A stretch of 64,000 bases of DNA, from contig NC_087436.1 in the NCBI RefSeq assembly GCF_036321535.1, positions 40,116,001-40,180,000 of the forward strand, written 5' to 3'. This stretch comes from Camelus dromedarius. Its lineage: Eukaryota. Made by a program: the position numbers and the translations under genes. Below are positions 24,210 through 37,630 of this stretch, piece by piece. Under the pieces are notes generated by a model. It made no database searches. It was not told the origin of the DNA and worked only from the letters and a program-made list of their open reading frames with translations. Every line of letters starts with the position of its first letter. The first letter of the stretch is position 1.

Positions 24210-24615
24210 ATTCCATCTGCTGGAATACAGGAAGAATAAGGAGGATGGAGAGACAACCCAAAGACAGCAACACTGGAAGCTGCTGCCACCACTAAGCTAA
24301 AGAGTCAAAGGGAAGAAATATTGCTACTTGGAACCACACAAAAGGAAGCAAGGCCTCCTGGTGGAATCCTGGGTTAGGGCTGCCAGAGTAAATACAGGAC
24401 TCCCAGTTACATTCACATTTCAGATAACATCTGTCCCTCCCAAGAGATCCTAACTGTCAGAAATAAGCTGGCTTCATTCTGTCTTCCATCCTCCAGTTTT
24501 CTGACAGTGACTTACATTGGCTGAATTCAACCAGAAGCCAGATGACAAAGTAACCTGGAAAATATAGTTCATAGAACCAAGGGAAGATCTGAGCGCAAGT
24601 GGGCTGAAGAGCTCA
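24210..24615 (-). mobile_element. Old ERVL-class LTR (LTR33-like)
   Basis: 'cattggctgaattcaaccagaagccagatgacaaagtaacctggaaaatatagtt' hallmark. Confidence 0.65.
24374..24430 (+). mobile_element. MER53-like hAT DNA transposon fragment nested in the LTR
   Basis: 'tagggctgccagagtaaatacaggactcccagttacattcacatttcagataa' matches the recalled MER53 end. Confidence 0.6.
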
Positions 24616-24926
24616 TACGGAATCGTTTCTATTTGAAATTTTAACTAGTGTGGTCATCTGTGGCTATTCTACAGATTGGCCTGGTCAACAGGGGTGGTTT
24701 CTGCCAGTCATGTCATTCGCTATGGAGAAAAGCTAAAGCCAAAGTGTAAAACTGAAAGCTGGAGTGTCTGTGGTAGGCTGCAGGAGAGGCATAGAGGCCT
24801 GTGAATTTACCTCCGAATTACCTATATGTGGCAATGGGATTGTCTTGTGTTTTTAATTACGTATCCTGAAGGTGCTGCTAATTGCAATTAATCACAACTT
24901 CTCACAACCAAGAAATGGTGAAGTTT

Positions 24927-25358
24927 TTTTGTTTTAGTTGAAGTACAGTCAGTTACAATGTGTCAGTTTCTGATGTACAGCACAGTGTCCCAGTCATGCA
25001 TATACATACATATATTCATTTTCATATTCTTTTTCATTAAATGTTAGTACAAGATATTGAACATAGTTTCCTGTGCTATACAGCAGAAACTTTTAAAAAA
25101 TCTATTTTTATATAGAGAGTTTAACATTTATGAATCTCAAACTCCCAAATTTATCCCTTCCCACCCACTTTCCCCCGTAACCATAAGATTGTTTACTGTC
25201 TGCGAGTCTGTTTCTATTTTGTAGGTGAGTTCATTAGTGTCCTTTTTTTTTTTTTTTCTCCCAGATTCCACATATGAGTGATATCATATGGTATTTTTCT
25301 CTTTCTGGTTACTTCACTTAAAATGACAATCTCTAGGTCCATCCATGTTGCTGCACAG
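24927..25358 (-). mobile_element. Short young L1 3'-end insertion
   Basis: Same 3'UTR family as 12183-12456. Candidate TSD GAAGTTT at 24920-24926 and 25359-25365. Confidence 0.88.
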
Positions 25359-28004
25359 GAAGTTTACAATTTTTATTCACAGGTCAATTGAAGGTTTCAT
25401 TTTTTACTTTCTGAAACTTTTTATACATTTTTAAATTTTTTGAGAAAATATTGATTATACTATTCTTCTTGCACCACCTTTTATGTCTTGTACTATTTGT
25501 TCTCGTACACCTCTTTTATTCATGATAATGATTATATATAACTCCTCTTTTTTAAACAGGCATTCATCAAATTCATTATGTTTTTCTGAGAACCAACTTT
25601 TTCCTTTTTTGATCTCCCTATTGTTTTATTTTCTCATGTATTATTAATGTTTTCTCTTGTTATACTTTGTTCTAGTTCTGTGGGTTTAATTTACTCTTAT
25701 CTGTCAGTTTTCTAAAGATAGCTACTTAACTCACTGTTTTTTAGTTTTTCCTCATTGCTTATTTGCCTAGATCTTGCTCTAAACACAGCTGTTCCTCTAT
25801 GTTTCCCTTTAAAATAAATCTATCATTATCTCTCAGTGCCTCAAAGATACCTATGTTTTCTCTGGATTTAAGCTTTTTCATGTGTTATGTTTCAACATGA
25901 TGTTATTTGTATTTATCTGCTTGTGTTTCATAGAGTTTCTTTAATTTTGACTTGATATCATTCATTATTTCAGAAAAATTATCATCTCCTCAAATATTGC
26001 TATACTTCATTCTCTTTCCTTCTTTTGAGATTCCAATAAAATATGGTAGACCTTGTCACTTTCAGATTAATTAATTAGTAAATGATAAATCTAACTTGAT
26101 AAACATATGAATCACTAGGCTCGAAGTTTGAAATATAAATGGGACTATTTACTGTCTGCAAAGAATAAGCCTGAGGTATATTCTGGTTGTACTAAATTGG
26201 TTTTTCATTAGATTATACTAAAATAGGAACAGTATATCAGTTCAGGCAAACTCCTTAAGTTAGCCATCACTTACATATATATCATAATACTAAATATTCC
26301 CAAGTTATTCCCTATGCTACAGAAAATAGTAAAAATATGCATTTTATATACAGAATATGAATTCATACAATTCATCCATTATTCACATATTAGTGGTTGA
26401 AAGCCAATATATACATAATTTTGTTGGAACAGTGAGACAACTGTATGGCCTTACAGTCAGAAAGGTGAAGAAGAACTTCATTTGGGGCCATATTACAAAG
26501 CTCAGTTCAGCAAACTCGGGTATTGCCAAATAATGCACACATTTTAGATCAGATCTGGTTAAACTTTCCATTTTTGTTGCTGTCAGTCTGTTGACAAGAG
26601 AGGCTTGTCATTTTGTTTAAAAAAGTAAAAGTGCTTTCAGATGAATGCTTTTTGTGACAAAGTGACTGTTAAATTCTTGCAGTTTGACCATTAATCATAT
26701 AAATATAGAACAATAACACTGAAGATGCATGTTTCTAAGCTGTAACAAAAGCTAGCTTGTCACAAGTGTCAGTTACATGTTCAGCAAAAAATATGAAAGT
26801 AACACAGCGTTGTTTTGGCTCTAAGGAAGGACTTACTCATACTGTTCACTAGAAAATCCACTTCTAGACCATTTCTGTTGAGAAATCTGTTTTCTTTTTG
26901 TACCTACAAAAATACAAAATATTCTTAATTAAGGTAAAATAAATAAGGGGTCTTTAAATAGATTCATAAATATTTGCATATGTTTTAGAAGACCTCAAAG
27001 TACTAAATCTGAAAAATACAGACACAAGACCATAAACTAACTAGGATTTTTTTAACATCCGATTAGCTAATCCTACTGTCAAACCTTAAAACTTGTTAAA
27101 GATAGAGTTCCACAAAGATTTGCATTTATTTGTCCTGTTTTTCTGATTGCTGCATGTGTTTAGTCAAACAGTTTATTTTACCAGCTCAGAAAGTCTAGTC
27201 CATTTACACTTACATTGAAAAAAACTTAAAAGTTTTGCTAACAGTTTATTAATCTAACCAGTTTTATTACACTTCCTTTTTTCCATAGATTCTGGGCTAT
27301 AGAGACTTTGAACAATTGTCCAGGTGAGGTCAGTGCCTCTCAGTGCCTTTCTGTCCTCTTTGTTTCCATTCCCTTCATTTAGGCACTTTAAATAGATTTT
27401 TTCCCCTAGACTTTGCCTGAAATTTTTATTAATGTGCTTTGTCCACATGTTATCTGAAGACAATATCTAAAGTGACACTCACCCATGTATCTTTTCCATA
27501 TACGTTAGAAGTACTGTTTACAGAAAGAAAGTGAAATAAATATAATTTCATTGTAGCTTGAATTACTACCTTGATACATGTGTTTTCTTACAGAATGCAC
27601 TAAAGCTTTAACATAATGGATAATAAACAATTATAATTTTTTATAATAATGTAGACAGTGAATATATCAATGCCATATATGAGAAACATCGAGTTCTTGA
27701 AACACTTGTTCTTACTGCTTTTTATTCTTATTTTTATATCCTTTACCTAGGTTCTCTCAGGACTAGATGTGATCCTTCAATCCCCTCTGTCCCATTTGAC
27801 ACATGTGAATCAGAGACAAACTTCCAAATGTGCCCTTAAAAACTTCCTTTTTCCAGAAATGGTGCCAAAGTAAAGTGGATGTTTTACCCCTCAAATTTTA
27901 CGATCACTTATAAGCAGAAATATATAACTGGAACACTATTATTCACCTGACATTAGTTAACAATTTGCTAATTTCTTCTGCTTAATAGAAACTTCATAAT
28001 TGTA

Positions 28005-31000
28005 CTTTTTTTGTTGTTCTTTTCTACATATTTTTGAGTTGAGACATAGTTGATATATAACATTATGTTAGTTTCACATATAAAACAATGATTTAATATT
28101 TATATATTTTGCAAAATAATCACTGCTATAATTCTTGTTAATGTCCATCACCACATACAGTTAATTTTTTTTTCTTGTCATGGAACTTAAGATCTAATCT
28201 TTAGCAGCTTTCAAATATACACTATAATATTATCAACTATAGTCACCACACTGTACACTACAGCCCCATAACTTACTTATTTTATAACTAAGTTTATAAA
28301 ATAAATAAGTTTGTATCTTTTGACCACCTTCACCCATTTCATCTACACTCCCCCATAACCTGCCTGTGGCAGTCATCAATCTGTTCTCTGTATCTGTAAG
28401 TTCAGTTTTTGTTTTTTTTTTAAGAATCCATATAAAGGTGAGATACGGTATTTTTCCTTCCCTTTCTGATTTATTTCACTTAGCACATTCCCTGAAGGTC
28501 CATCCATGTTTTCACATATGGTAAGATTTCCTTCTTTACAGCTGAAAAATATTTCTCTGTGTGTGTATACATATGTGCATGTACGTTGTGTGTGCATGTA
28601 TATATACCATATCTTCTTTATCAATGTATCCATTAATGGACACTTAGGTTTCTTCTGTGTCTTGGCTATTGTAAATAATGCTGCAGTAAACATGGGGGTG
28701 CATACATCTTTTTGAATTAGTGTTTTTGTTTCCTCAAGATAAATACCTAGAAGTGAAATTGTTGGATCATATGGTAGTTTTATATATTTTTTAAGAAACC
28801 TCTGTACTGTATTAGTGATTGCACCAATTCACATTCCCACCAACAGTGTACAAGAGTTCCCTTTTATCCGTATCTTCACGAACCCTTGTTATCTCTTGTC
28901 AACACTTTTTTGATAATAGCCTTTTGAACAGATGTGAGATAATATCTCATTGTGGTTTTTATTTGCATTGTCTGATGATTAGTGATTTTGAGCACCTTTT
29001 CATGCATTTGTTGGCTGTCTGTATATCTTCTTTAGAAACATGTCTATTCAGATCATCTGCCTTTTTAACAATTGCATTATTTTATTTTTTGCTATCGAGT
29101 TTTGTGAGTTCTTTATATATTTTGGATATTAACCTCTTATCAGATATATGATTTGAAAATATTTTCCTCCAGTTGATAGGTTGACTGTTCATTGTGTGGA
29201 TGGTTCCCTTGTTGTGCAGAAAATTTTTAGTGAGATGTAGTCCCACTTATTTATTTTTGCTTTGGGTCCCTGTGCTTTTGGTGTCAAATCCAAAAAAATC
29301 ATCGTCAAAACTTTTGTCAAAGAGCTTAACACATTTTCTGTTTGATGTATTATGATTTCAAGTCTTATGCTCAAGTATTTAATTCATGCATTTTAAGTTA
29401 TTTTTTGTGTAGTGTAAGAGTGGTTTATTTTCATTCTTTTGCATGTTGCTGTCCAGTTTTCTATTGAAGAAACTGTTTTTTCCCCATTGTATATTCTTGG
29501 CTCTTTTGTTATAAATTAATTAATCACACACATGTAGGTTTATTTCCAAGCTCTCTATTCCATTTCACTTACCCATGTGTCTATTTTTATGCCAATACTA
29601 TACTGTTTTGATTACTCTAATTTTGTAATATACTTCAAAACCAGAGTGTGGTACCTCCAACTTTGTTCTTCAAGGTCTCCTGTGATTCCATACAAATTTT
29701 AGAATTGTTCATTCTATCTCTGTGAGAAAAAGCCATTGAAAATTTGACATGGATTACATTGAATCTGTAGATTGTTTTGAGTAGTAAGGAATTTTAACAA
29801 TATTAACTTTTCCAATCCATGAGTAGGGAATACCTGTCCAATTATGCATGTTTTCTTCAATTTCTTCATCAATATCACAGTTTTCAGCAGGCAGTTTTTT
29901 TCACTTCCTAGGTTAAAGTTAACCCTAGGCATTTTATTCTTCTTTATGCAGTTATAAATGTGATTGTTTCAATTTTTCTGCTACTTTGTTATAAGTGTAA
30001 AAACATGTAAGATTTTTGTATATTTATTTTAATCCTGTGGCTGTTGAATTCATTTATTAGGTTCTAATAGTTTTTTTGATGGAGTCTTTAGGGTTTTCAA
30101 TATATATACTATCATGTCAGCTGCAAATAGTGACAGTTTTACTTGTTCCTTTCCCATTTGGGTTCTTTTAACTTATTTTTTCCTGCCTAGTTGTTCTGGC
30201 TAAGATTTCCAGTGCTACACTGAATAAAAGTGGTAAGAGTGGGCATCCTTGTCTTGTTCCCGATCTTAGAGGAGAAGCTTTCAAATTTTCATCATTGAAT
30301 ATGACATTAGTTGTGGGCTTGTCTTGTATGCCCCCTATTATGTTGATGTATATTTTCTCTCTACCCACTTTGTTAAGAGTTTTTATCATAAATGGAGGTT
30401 GTATTTTGTCAAATGCTTTTTCTGTTGCACTGAGAAATATGATTTTTATTCTTCATTTTATTAATGTGGTGTATGGCTGTGATTGATCTGTGATGTTGAG
30501 CCATGCCTGTATCCCTGGAATAAATCTCACTTGATCATGGTTTATGATCCTTTTTATGTAATGTTGGATTTGGTTTGCTAATATTTTGTTGATGATTTTT
30601 ACATCTGTGTTCAACAGGGAAATTGGCCTGTATTTTACATTTCTAGTGGTTTCCTTGTCTGGTTTTGGTATAAGGGTAAGTCTGACCTCATAAAATAAAT
30701 TTGGAAGCCTTTCATCTTCTAAATTTTGAAAGACTTTTAGAAACATTGGTGTTAATTCTTTAAATGTTTGGTAGAATTTACTGGTGAAGTAATCTGGTCC
30801 TGAGCTTTTTTTTCTTTTCTTTTCTTTTTAATACTGATTCAGTCTCTTTCCTAGTCATCAGTCTGTTCAGATTTTCTATTTATTCATGTTTCAGTCTTAC
30901 TAGATAGTATGTTCCAGGAATTTATTTGTTTATTCTAGGTTGTCCAATATGTTGACATACAACTATTCATAGTACTCTTCTGATTCTTTGTATTTATGTG

Positions 31001-32400
31001 ATATCAATTGTAAAGCCTTCTCTTTCATTTATGATTTTAGTTATTTGGGTCTGTTTCCTTTATTCATTGGTGAATATAGTTGGTCATTTGATAGTTTTGT
31101 TTATATTTCTAAGGAACCAGCTCTTAGTTTCATTGCTCTTTTCTAGTTTTCATAGGCTCTGTTTCATTTATTTCTGCTCTGATCTTTGCTATTTTCTTCT
31201 TCTAGCTTTGGGCTTTTTCATCTTTTTCTAGTTCCTTAATATGTAAAGTTAGGATATTTTAAAATGTATTTTTCTTGTTTCTTGAAGAGTATGTTTATAG
31301 CTATGAAATTCTCTCCTAGTGTCACTTTTGCTGTATCCTATGAATTTTGGTATTTTGTATTTCCTTTTACTTATGTCAAGATATTTTTTTATTTCTCTTG
31401 ATTTCTTCCTTGACCTATTATGTTCAGTTGCATGTTGTGCAATCTCTACATATTTTTGAGTTTTCCAGTTTTCTTTTATTCCAGTTATTCTTTTAATTGA
31501 TACCTAGTTTCATAGAGTTGTGATTGAAAAGATGTTTAATATGATTTCAGTCTTCTTAAATTTATTAAGACTTGTTTTGTGGCCTAACATATGGTCTGTT
31601 ATGGTCAGTATTACATGTGTACTTGAAAAGAATGTGTATTCTGTTGCTTTGGGGTAGAATGTTCTGTCTATGTTAAGTCCATCTGGACTAATGTGTCATT
31701 TAAAGCCATATTTTTCTTGTTGATTTTCTGTCTGGATCATCTACCTGTTGGTGACAGTCTGGTAATAAGGTTCCCTACTATTACTATATTAGTATCTATT
31801 TCTCCCTTTCAGTCTGTTAATATTAACTTATATATTAAGATGCTCCTGGGTTGAGTATATAAAAATTTACAAATATTATATCCTCTTATTGGATTTATCA
31901 CTTTATTATTATGTAATGACCTTCTTTGTCTGTTATTACAGTCTTTTACAAATTCAGTAAGTCTCTAGATGTATGTTCAATTAGACGTCTTCCTGATTGG
32001 CTAATATTTTAAGATAAGCAAATAAGCCTCTTTCACAGAAAGTGTGGGTTCTGTCTCTTAGATGGAACCTGGAGTAAGTGAGTTCATGCGCGTGAATCCT
32101 TCAAGAAGCATTTCTCGGTTTTCTTAGCTTTATGGATCTTGTGTACATACGAGCCTTGTTGACTTTCAATGATAGGTGTTTTGGATGCTCATCTTTCAGG
32201 TGTTGGTCAAAAAATTGGGGTGTTTGCACTCCAACTCAAGGAGAGCTCAGGCAGAAGCTTAGGGATTTAAGGACTCTCCTGTTTGTGGATCAACATGTCA
32301 GGTGTGGAGTTCAGGCAAGAGTGTGTCTCAGCTTCTTCCACCTGCTTTCATGTAGTTTTTACTTGTTCGCCCAATGTGTAAGAGTTGCTCAGCTAGTTTC
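28005..32400 (-). mobile_element. LINE-1 with 3'UTR and almost all of ORF2 (decayed), joined at ~31950 directly to a 5'UTR-like segment (ORF1 missing)
   Basis: Minus ORFs 28376-28693 (MFTAALFTIAK), 30168-30389 ([14 protein letters not shown]) and 30453-30746 ([20 protein letters not shown]). Endonuclease-region text runs to ~31945. Confidence 0.92.
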
Positions 32401-32479
32401 CCGCCCCCATCTCCCCTGGCACTTTTATCAAAAATCAGATGTCTGTAAAACTGCTTTCTTTTGAGACTCACTATTCTAT

Positions 32480-34080
32480 TATTTTATTCTTATGACAATA
32501 TAACATTGAGTTGATTACCATAGATATATAACGGCTCTTGAATTAAGGTAGTAAAAGTCCTCCAATCTACTACCCTTCTTTATCAAAATTGCTTTGGATA
32601 TTCAACATCCTTTGAATTTCCATATAAATAGTTGATTTCTACAAAAACTTCTGCTGAAATTTTGATTGAAGCTGTATTGAATCTAGATAAATTTAGTTGA
32701 AAATTGGTAGGATAATAATACTGTCTTTTTGTCTATGAACATGATAACACATTTCTCCTGGGTTTTATTTACTTTGTCTCAATAGTTTTCAGTGTTCAGA
32801 GCTTATATTTATAAACTTATTTCTGAGAATTTTATTATTTTGATGCTATTATATATGTTTTTAGTGTCAATTTCTAACACTTTGGTAACATGTATATTTA
32901 TTACATGTTACTGTATAAGTAATACATATACATGTAATTTAACACATACTTTTTCTGTTTACATTTTATACTATGATCTATATTAATTGATAGTTGTAGT
33001 AATTGTTTTGTGAACTCCTAATAATTTTCTATGTAGACAATTGTCATATGCAAATCAACGAAGTTTTACTTTCTGATCATTATGCCCATTATTTCTTTTT
33101 CTTGCCTATTGCAGTGATTGGCATCTCTTGTGTAATGTTGAATAGAAATGGTTAGGGTGTATTTCCTTTCCTTCTTCCTCATAATAGACTAAATTACTCA
33201 ATAACTTACCATTTATTATTAGGTCAGCCATCAATTTTTAGCTGAGACCCTATTTTAGTCTGAGGAAGAAGAAAGTTTCCTTCTGTTTTTAAACTGCCAA
33301 GTGGTTTTCCTTTCTTTTCTTCTTTTTCAATTGAAAACTTCCTTTTGAAATTTTATCAAATGCCTTTCTGTATAAAAGAAAGGAAGATCATATGTATACT
33401 GGAATGATCACATGGTTTTTCCTCCCTTTATTTTGATAATATGGTTAATTACAACAAATGCTATTTCAAATGCCTATATATTCATGAAATTTGGGGGTAA
33501 GTCACAGTATTAATATATTATTTTATTATTTTACACATTAGTGGATTCATTGTGCTATACTTGCTTAGGAATTTTTCTAAATTCTTGACAACTGTTAGCA
33601 ATAATTTTATTTTTAATAAGTTTTGGAATTATGATAATATGGCCCTGATATTCAGAAGTAGTCACACTTCTATTTGTTGATGAAATTTGTGTAAGTTAGA
33701 TAGTCTTTGTCTACTAACGTGTTTCATAAAATTTCCCAATGAAGCAATCTAAATTAGAATTTTCTTTGTAGTAAAGTTGATCATGAATTAATTTAATAGC
33801 TGTAGGTAGGGGGTATTCAGACTATGTTTCAAATTATGTCCATTTTGTTATTTTTTTCAAAATTATCCATATCACCTGAATTGTTAGTTTTTATTATTCT
33901 CTTAATATCCTTTTAACACCTAATAGAAATATAGTGATAACTTCTCTCACCTTTCATTCTGATACTGTCAATTTGTGTTACCTCTTTCTTTTTTGCCTTG
34001 ATCAGACTAGTTAGGGGTTTATTCATTATGTCTGTCTTTTCAAAGAACCAGACATTGTCTTTGCTAATATTATTCTATAT
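32480..34080 (-). mobile_element. Very old L1 (L1ME-like) ORF2 remnant
   Basis: Degenerate L1 antisense text ('aatgttgaatagaaatggt', 'ttttcaaagaaccag'). Confidence 0.7.
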
Positions 34081-34274
34081 ATTTCTATAAGTTATATATT
34101 TCTATAAAGGAAAAAATATCTAATTTATTTTGATATTATGATTATTTGTTATTATCAATCTATATGAGATATTTGCATATTAAATAGAAATTATATTTTT
34201 AGATTATCAAATACTAATTTGAAGATTCAAACTTATAAATAAGTACAAGAATTTATTTTAAAACATTTTTAGGC

Positions 34275-34400
34275 AGGGAGTGTATAGCTCAGCAGTAGAG
34301 TGTGTGCTTAGCATGCATAAGTTCCTGGGTTCAATCCCCAGTACCTCCATTAAAATAAATTAGTAAATAAATCTAATTAGTGCTCCCCCCCAAAAAAAAC
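34275..34400 (+). mobile_element. tRNA(Ala)-derived SINE of the camelid vic-1 type
   Basis: A-box TAGCTCAGCAG and B-box GGTTCAATCCC. 'gcttagcatgca...cagtacctccattaaaataaat...taattag...ccccccc' and an A tail match the recalled vic-1 consensus. Confidence 0.85.
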
Positions 34401-34674
34401 CCCAAATGGCATGGATGAATCATTCTTTTTTAGACACTTGACCTTGAACCTCAATTCATACTTTTATTGTCAGTTAAGTTCCTGTTTTATCATAATCACT
34501 AAATGAAATAAAGCTTTTAGAGTGCTAGAAAATTACTTGACACATAAAGGTAAAATCTGAGATTTATTACAAGCTTTATCTTTTTTCTTCTTTTAATTGT
34601 CCAGTCTTCATAGAAACGTAAGCTTAGATTTCAGTAAACGTATGTTGATTAATTAATTATGGTTCTTTTCAATT

Positions 34675-35065
34675 TATTACTTTAGTAGCTTTTCTGGGTT
34701 ATAATTGACATATAATAAGTTTTCACATATTTAAAGTGTACAGTTTGATATATTTTTGGTATGTGGATAAACCCATGAAACCATTACCACGATCAAAACA
34801 GTGAACATACTTAGCATCCCAGCAGCGCCCTCTTCCCCTTAAATACTTCTCTCCCTTTCCAGTTCCCCTCCCCAGGCAAACACTAGTGTGTTTTCATCCA
34901 GTATAGATTAGTTTGCATTTTTTTTAGTTTTATATGAACGAATCCATACAGTACATACTTTCTATTACATGACTCCTTTTACTTGGTATAATTATTTTGG
35001 CAATCATCCAAGTTGTAGTATGATACAACAGTTTGTTGCTTTTTATTGCTGAGTAGTAGTTTTTG
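34675..35065 (-). mobile_element. L1MB/L1MC-like 3' end fragment
   Basis: 'tataattgacatataataa...catatttaaagtgtacagtttgat...ccatgaaaccattaccac'. Confidence 0.75.
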
Positions 35066-36157
35066 TTTTTCCTTTCTAAAGCAATTATATAGGTTTCTCA
35101 GATCCTGTCTATAACATCTTAGATAATGTCCTAAGAAAATGTGTTTTCTCCAGTGTGATATATTTTGTTAAAAGACATTCTTACAATCTAGCCAAATTAA
35201 TGCACCCTTTGAAGTAAGGTAATCTTATATTCCATTTGATAGCATAATTGGAACATTTGTTCTTTGCTGATTATGGCAAACACTGTATGTAAAGAAATGC
35301 ACAATAAAATGAATATTTTTGAGAATATGATTCTCTGGAGATACCAAGCCATACTGAATTATAAAAATACCTGTTATAAATGAAATAAAGAATAAATGAC
35401 CAAAGTAAAATAAGAAAGGGAATTTTATGTGTTGAGAAACATATCTAGGAATTTCTACTTTTCAAGTAATTTGATTGCTGTATCTTTTAATTTCCTATTT
35501 AAACATTATAAGATATGCCTAGTAAATGAATTCACTTGCCAAAAAGATCAATGTTACATCAAATAAAAAAAAAAGAATTTCAGATAGCAATATACTTGTC
35601 ATTTATAAAATTAGAATAAAAGTGAGATTATTTGAATTGGTAATTACTGAGGGGAACTAAAACCATTTTCATAATGTTCTACTAGGAGATGATTTGGGGC
35701 CTGCTAGGCAATGTAAATTGTACTGCCATCTGGCTTTTAATAATATTATGCCTCTCCAATGACTCCATGAACAAACCGTACTTCAAGCTACTCAAATTAA
35801 TTACGAAACCCAAACAGTCACAAGCAAAGCTTCTTCTCTTCCATATGATTGGCACGACCTAGCATCACTTAAAATATGGCAGTGCCAACTTGAAGGTACA
35901 TAATAGTTAATGGAGAAGATTTTAAGAGGAAATGGAGAGCAGCTTGCAAATGGAGTATTCAGATTTTGAGAGACTCATATATTTATCAAAATTTAACTGA
36001 GCTATAATATATGATAACTGTCATGATAAAGTTGTTCATATCTGCCACACATGCTTAATATTCTTGGAAATCAGATACTTAAGTATCAGAACAGGTGTAT
36101 GTTGAATAAATTACTTAGTAGGGCATGAGGTTTGTATTTTACTGGTTTTCCCACCAG

Positions 36158-36490
36158 TATTCATTCAGTCACTCAAAAATATGTTAAATTCTCCTTATGA
36201 AGAGACACCAAGTTAGGTGTTGATTTTACATTTGTAAACAAAACAGATACCACCTCTGTCTTCATGAGTTTACAGGCTGGTGGTGACTTAGGAAATAAAC
36301 ATTTACCCATATTAGAAGACATGTAATCATAAAAAGTGACAACTCTGATGAGTCAGAAAATAACAGAGGAGATTATATTGGGCTTTTGAGAGCCTGGCTT
36401 AGGAGTTTAATTTTAGCTGAGCTTTGAAAAATAAGAGGAAAGGATGAGAAGAGTGGGAGGAAGAGATTTCCATGAGAGAGAGTGGCTTAT
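36158..36490 (-). mobile_element. LINE-2 3' end remnant
   Basis: 'tattcattcagtcactcaaaaatatgttaa...ctgtcttcatgagtttaca'. Confidence 0.6.
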
Positions 36491-36899
36491 ATGAATAAAA
36501 TGCAAATATAAAATTAAATAAAGTACAGGAAGTGCTGCTTTAAGACCAGGTTTACCAAGGCAGTTTTCTTGTTTAGTTCACAGTCTTCTTCCAGTAATAC
36601 ATTGCATCTGTATAAATTTACTAAATATTAAACATGTAATTATAGGTTTTCATTAGAATCAAAGTTAACAGAACATTTAAACACACAATTAAATTGGTTC
36701 ATTTTAAAGTTTAAATATTAAACACCATATTTTATCCTGAGTCAAATTAATTGGGAAAAAAAAGGAGGCTAGAGACTAGAAAGACTCAATTCGTGAAGCA
36801 AAGAAAAGTAAAAAATATATAGGGAAAGATACAATAGTGCTCAATTCTATGGGTCTACATATCACTTGACATTTTCAGTAAAGGTCCATTTGAAATCTA

Positions 36900-37630
36900 A
36901 GGTGTGTAAAATATCCCAGGGTCAAATTCATGTCTCAGTACTTCAAACTCAACAGAACCAGAATTAAATCCAACAACCACTACCAAAATAGATTCCCCTC
37001 TGTCCTAGCTAGTTCTCTTAAATGACACCACCCACAAAGTTTCAAAACATCAGCATTTGCAATAGCTTCTCCTCCTGTATCAGTTGTTGACAAATTTTAC
37101 ATTTTGGGTGATTTAGTTTTTGAATTACTGCAACTGATTAATTTTTATCAACAAGGCCCCTAATGTGCTTAAGAGCTTCTCTGTCTCTTGCCTCACGGCC
37201 TCCAACAAGCATTTGTTTGCTCACCTGTCTTCCACCACTGACTTCAGCCCTTTCAAAGAAACCACTCATACTAGCCTCAGAAAGGGTTGCTGTGTATTAA
37301 GTCTCAAGTTATAAACCCAGATTGATTAAATACTACTCCCTGGACACGTGCTATGCTTTTCTTCTGTCTTGTCACATGTTACTTTCCGTATTTCTGACTC
37401 ATCTATCAAGAGCCAACATTACACACCCTTCCTTCCTCCTCATCTTGAAGTCTATATTATAGAATACATTTTTCATTCTTTAAATACCAGAGATTTTTAT
37501 ACTTCTCTTATAGAATATATGGATTTCACTTAAACTAAACTTAGTAGGATGCATGCAATTTCCTCCTAGTAAGTTGCAAGTTGTTTGAGAAAGTGAACTG
37601 GAATACTGTCTGCGTAAAGCACAAATCAGT
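36900..37630 (+). mobile_element. LINE-2 remnant
   Basis: 'cttcaaactcaaca...aaatgacaccaccc' and 'ctagtaagttgcaagttgtttgag' are degenerate L2 text. Confidence 0.5.

Noticed and set aside
34276..34350. tRNA-Ala gene
   Set aside because: The acceptor stem is imperfect and it is followed by a SINE tail rather than a terminator, so it is a SINE head.
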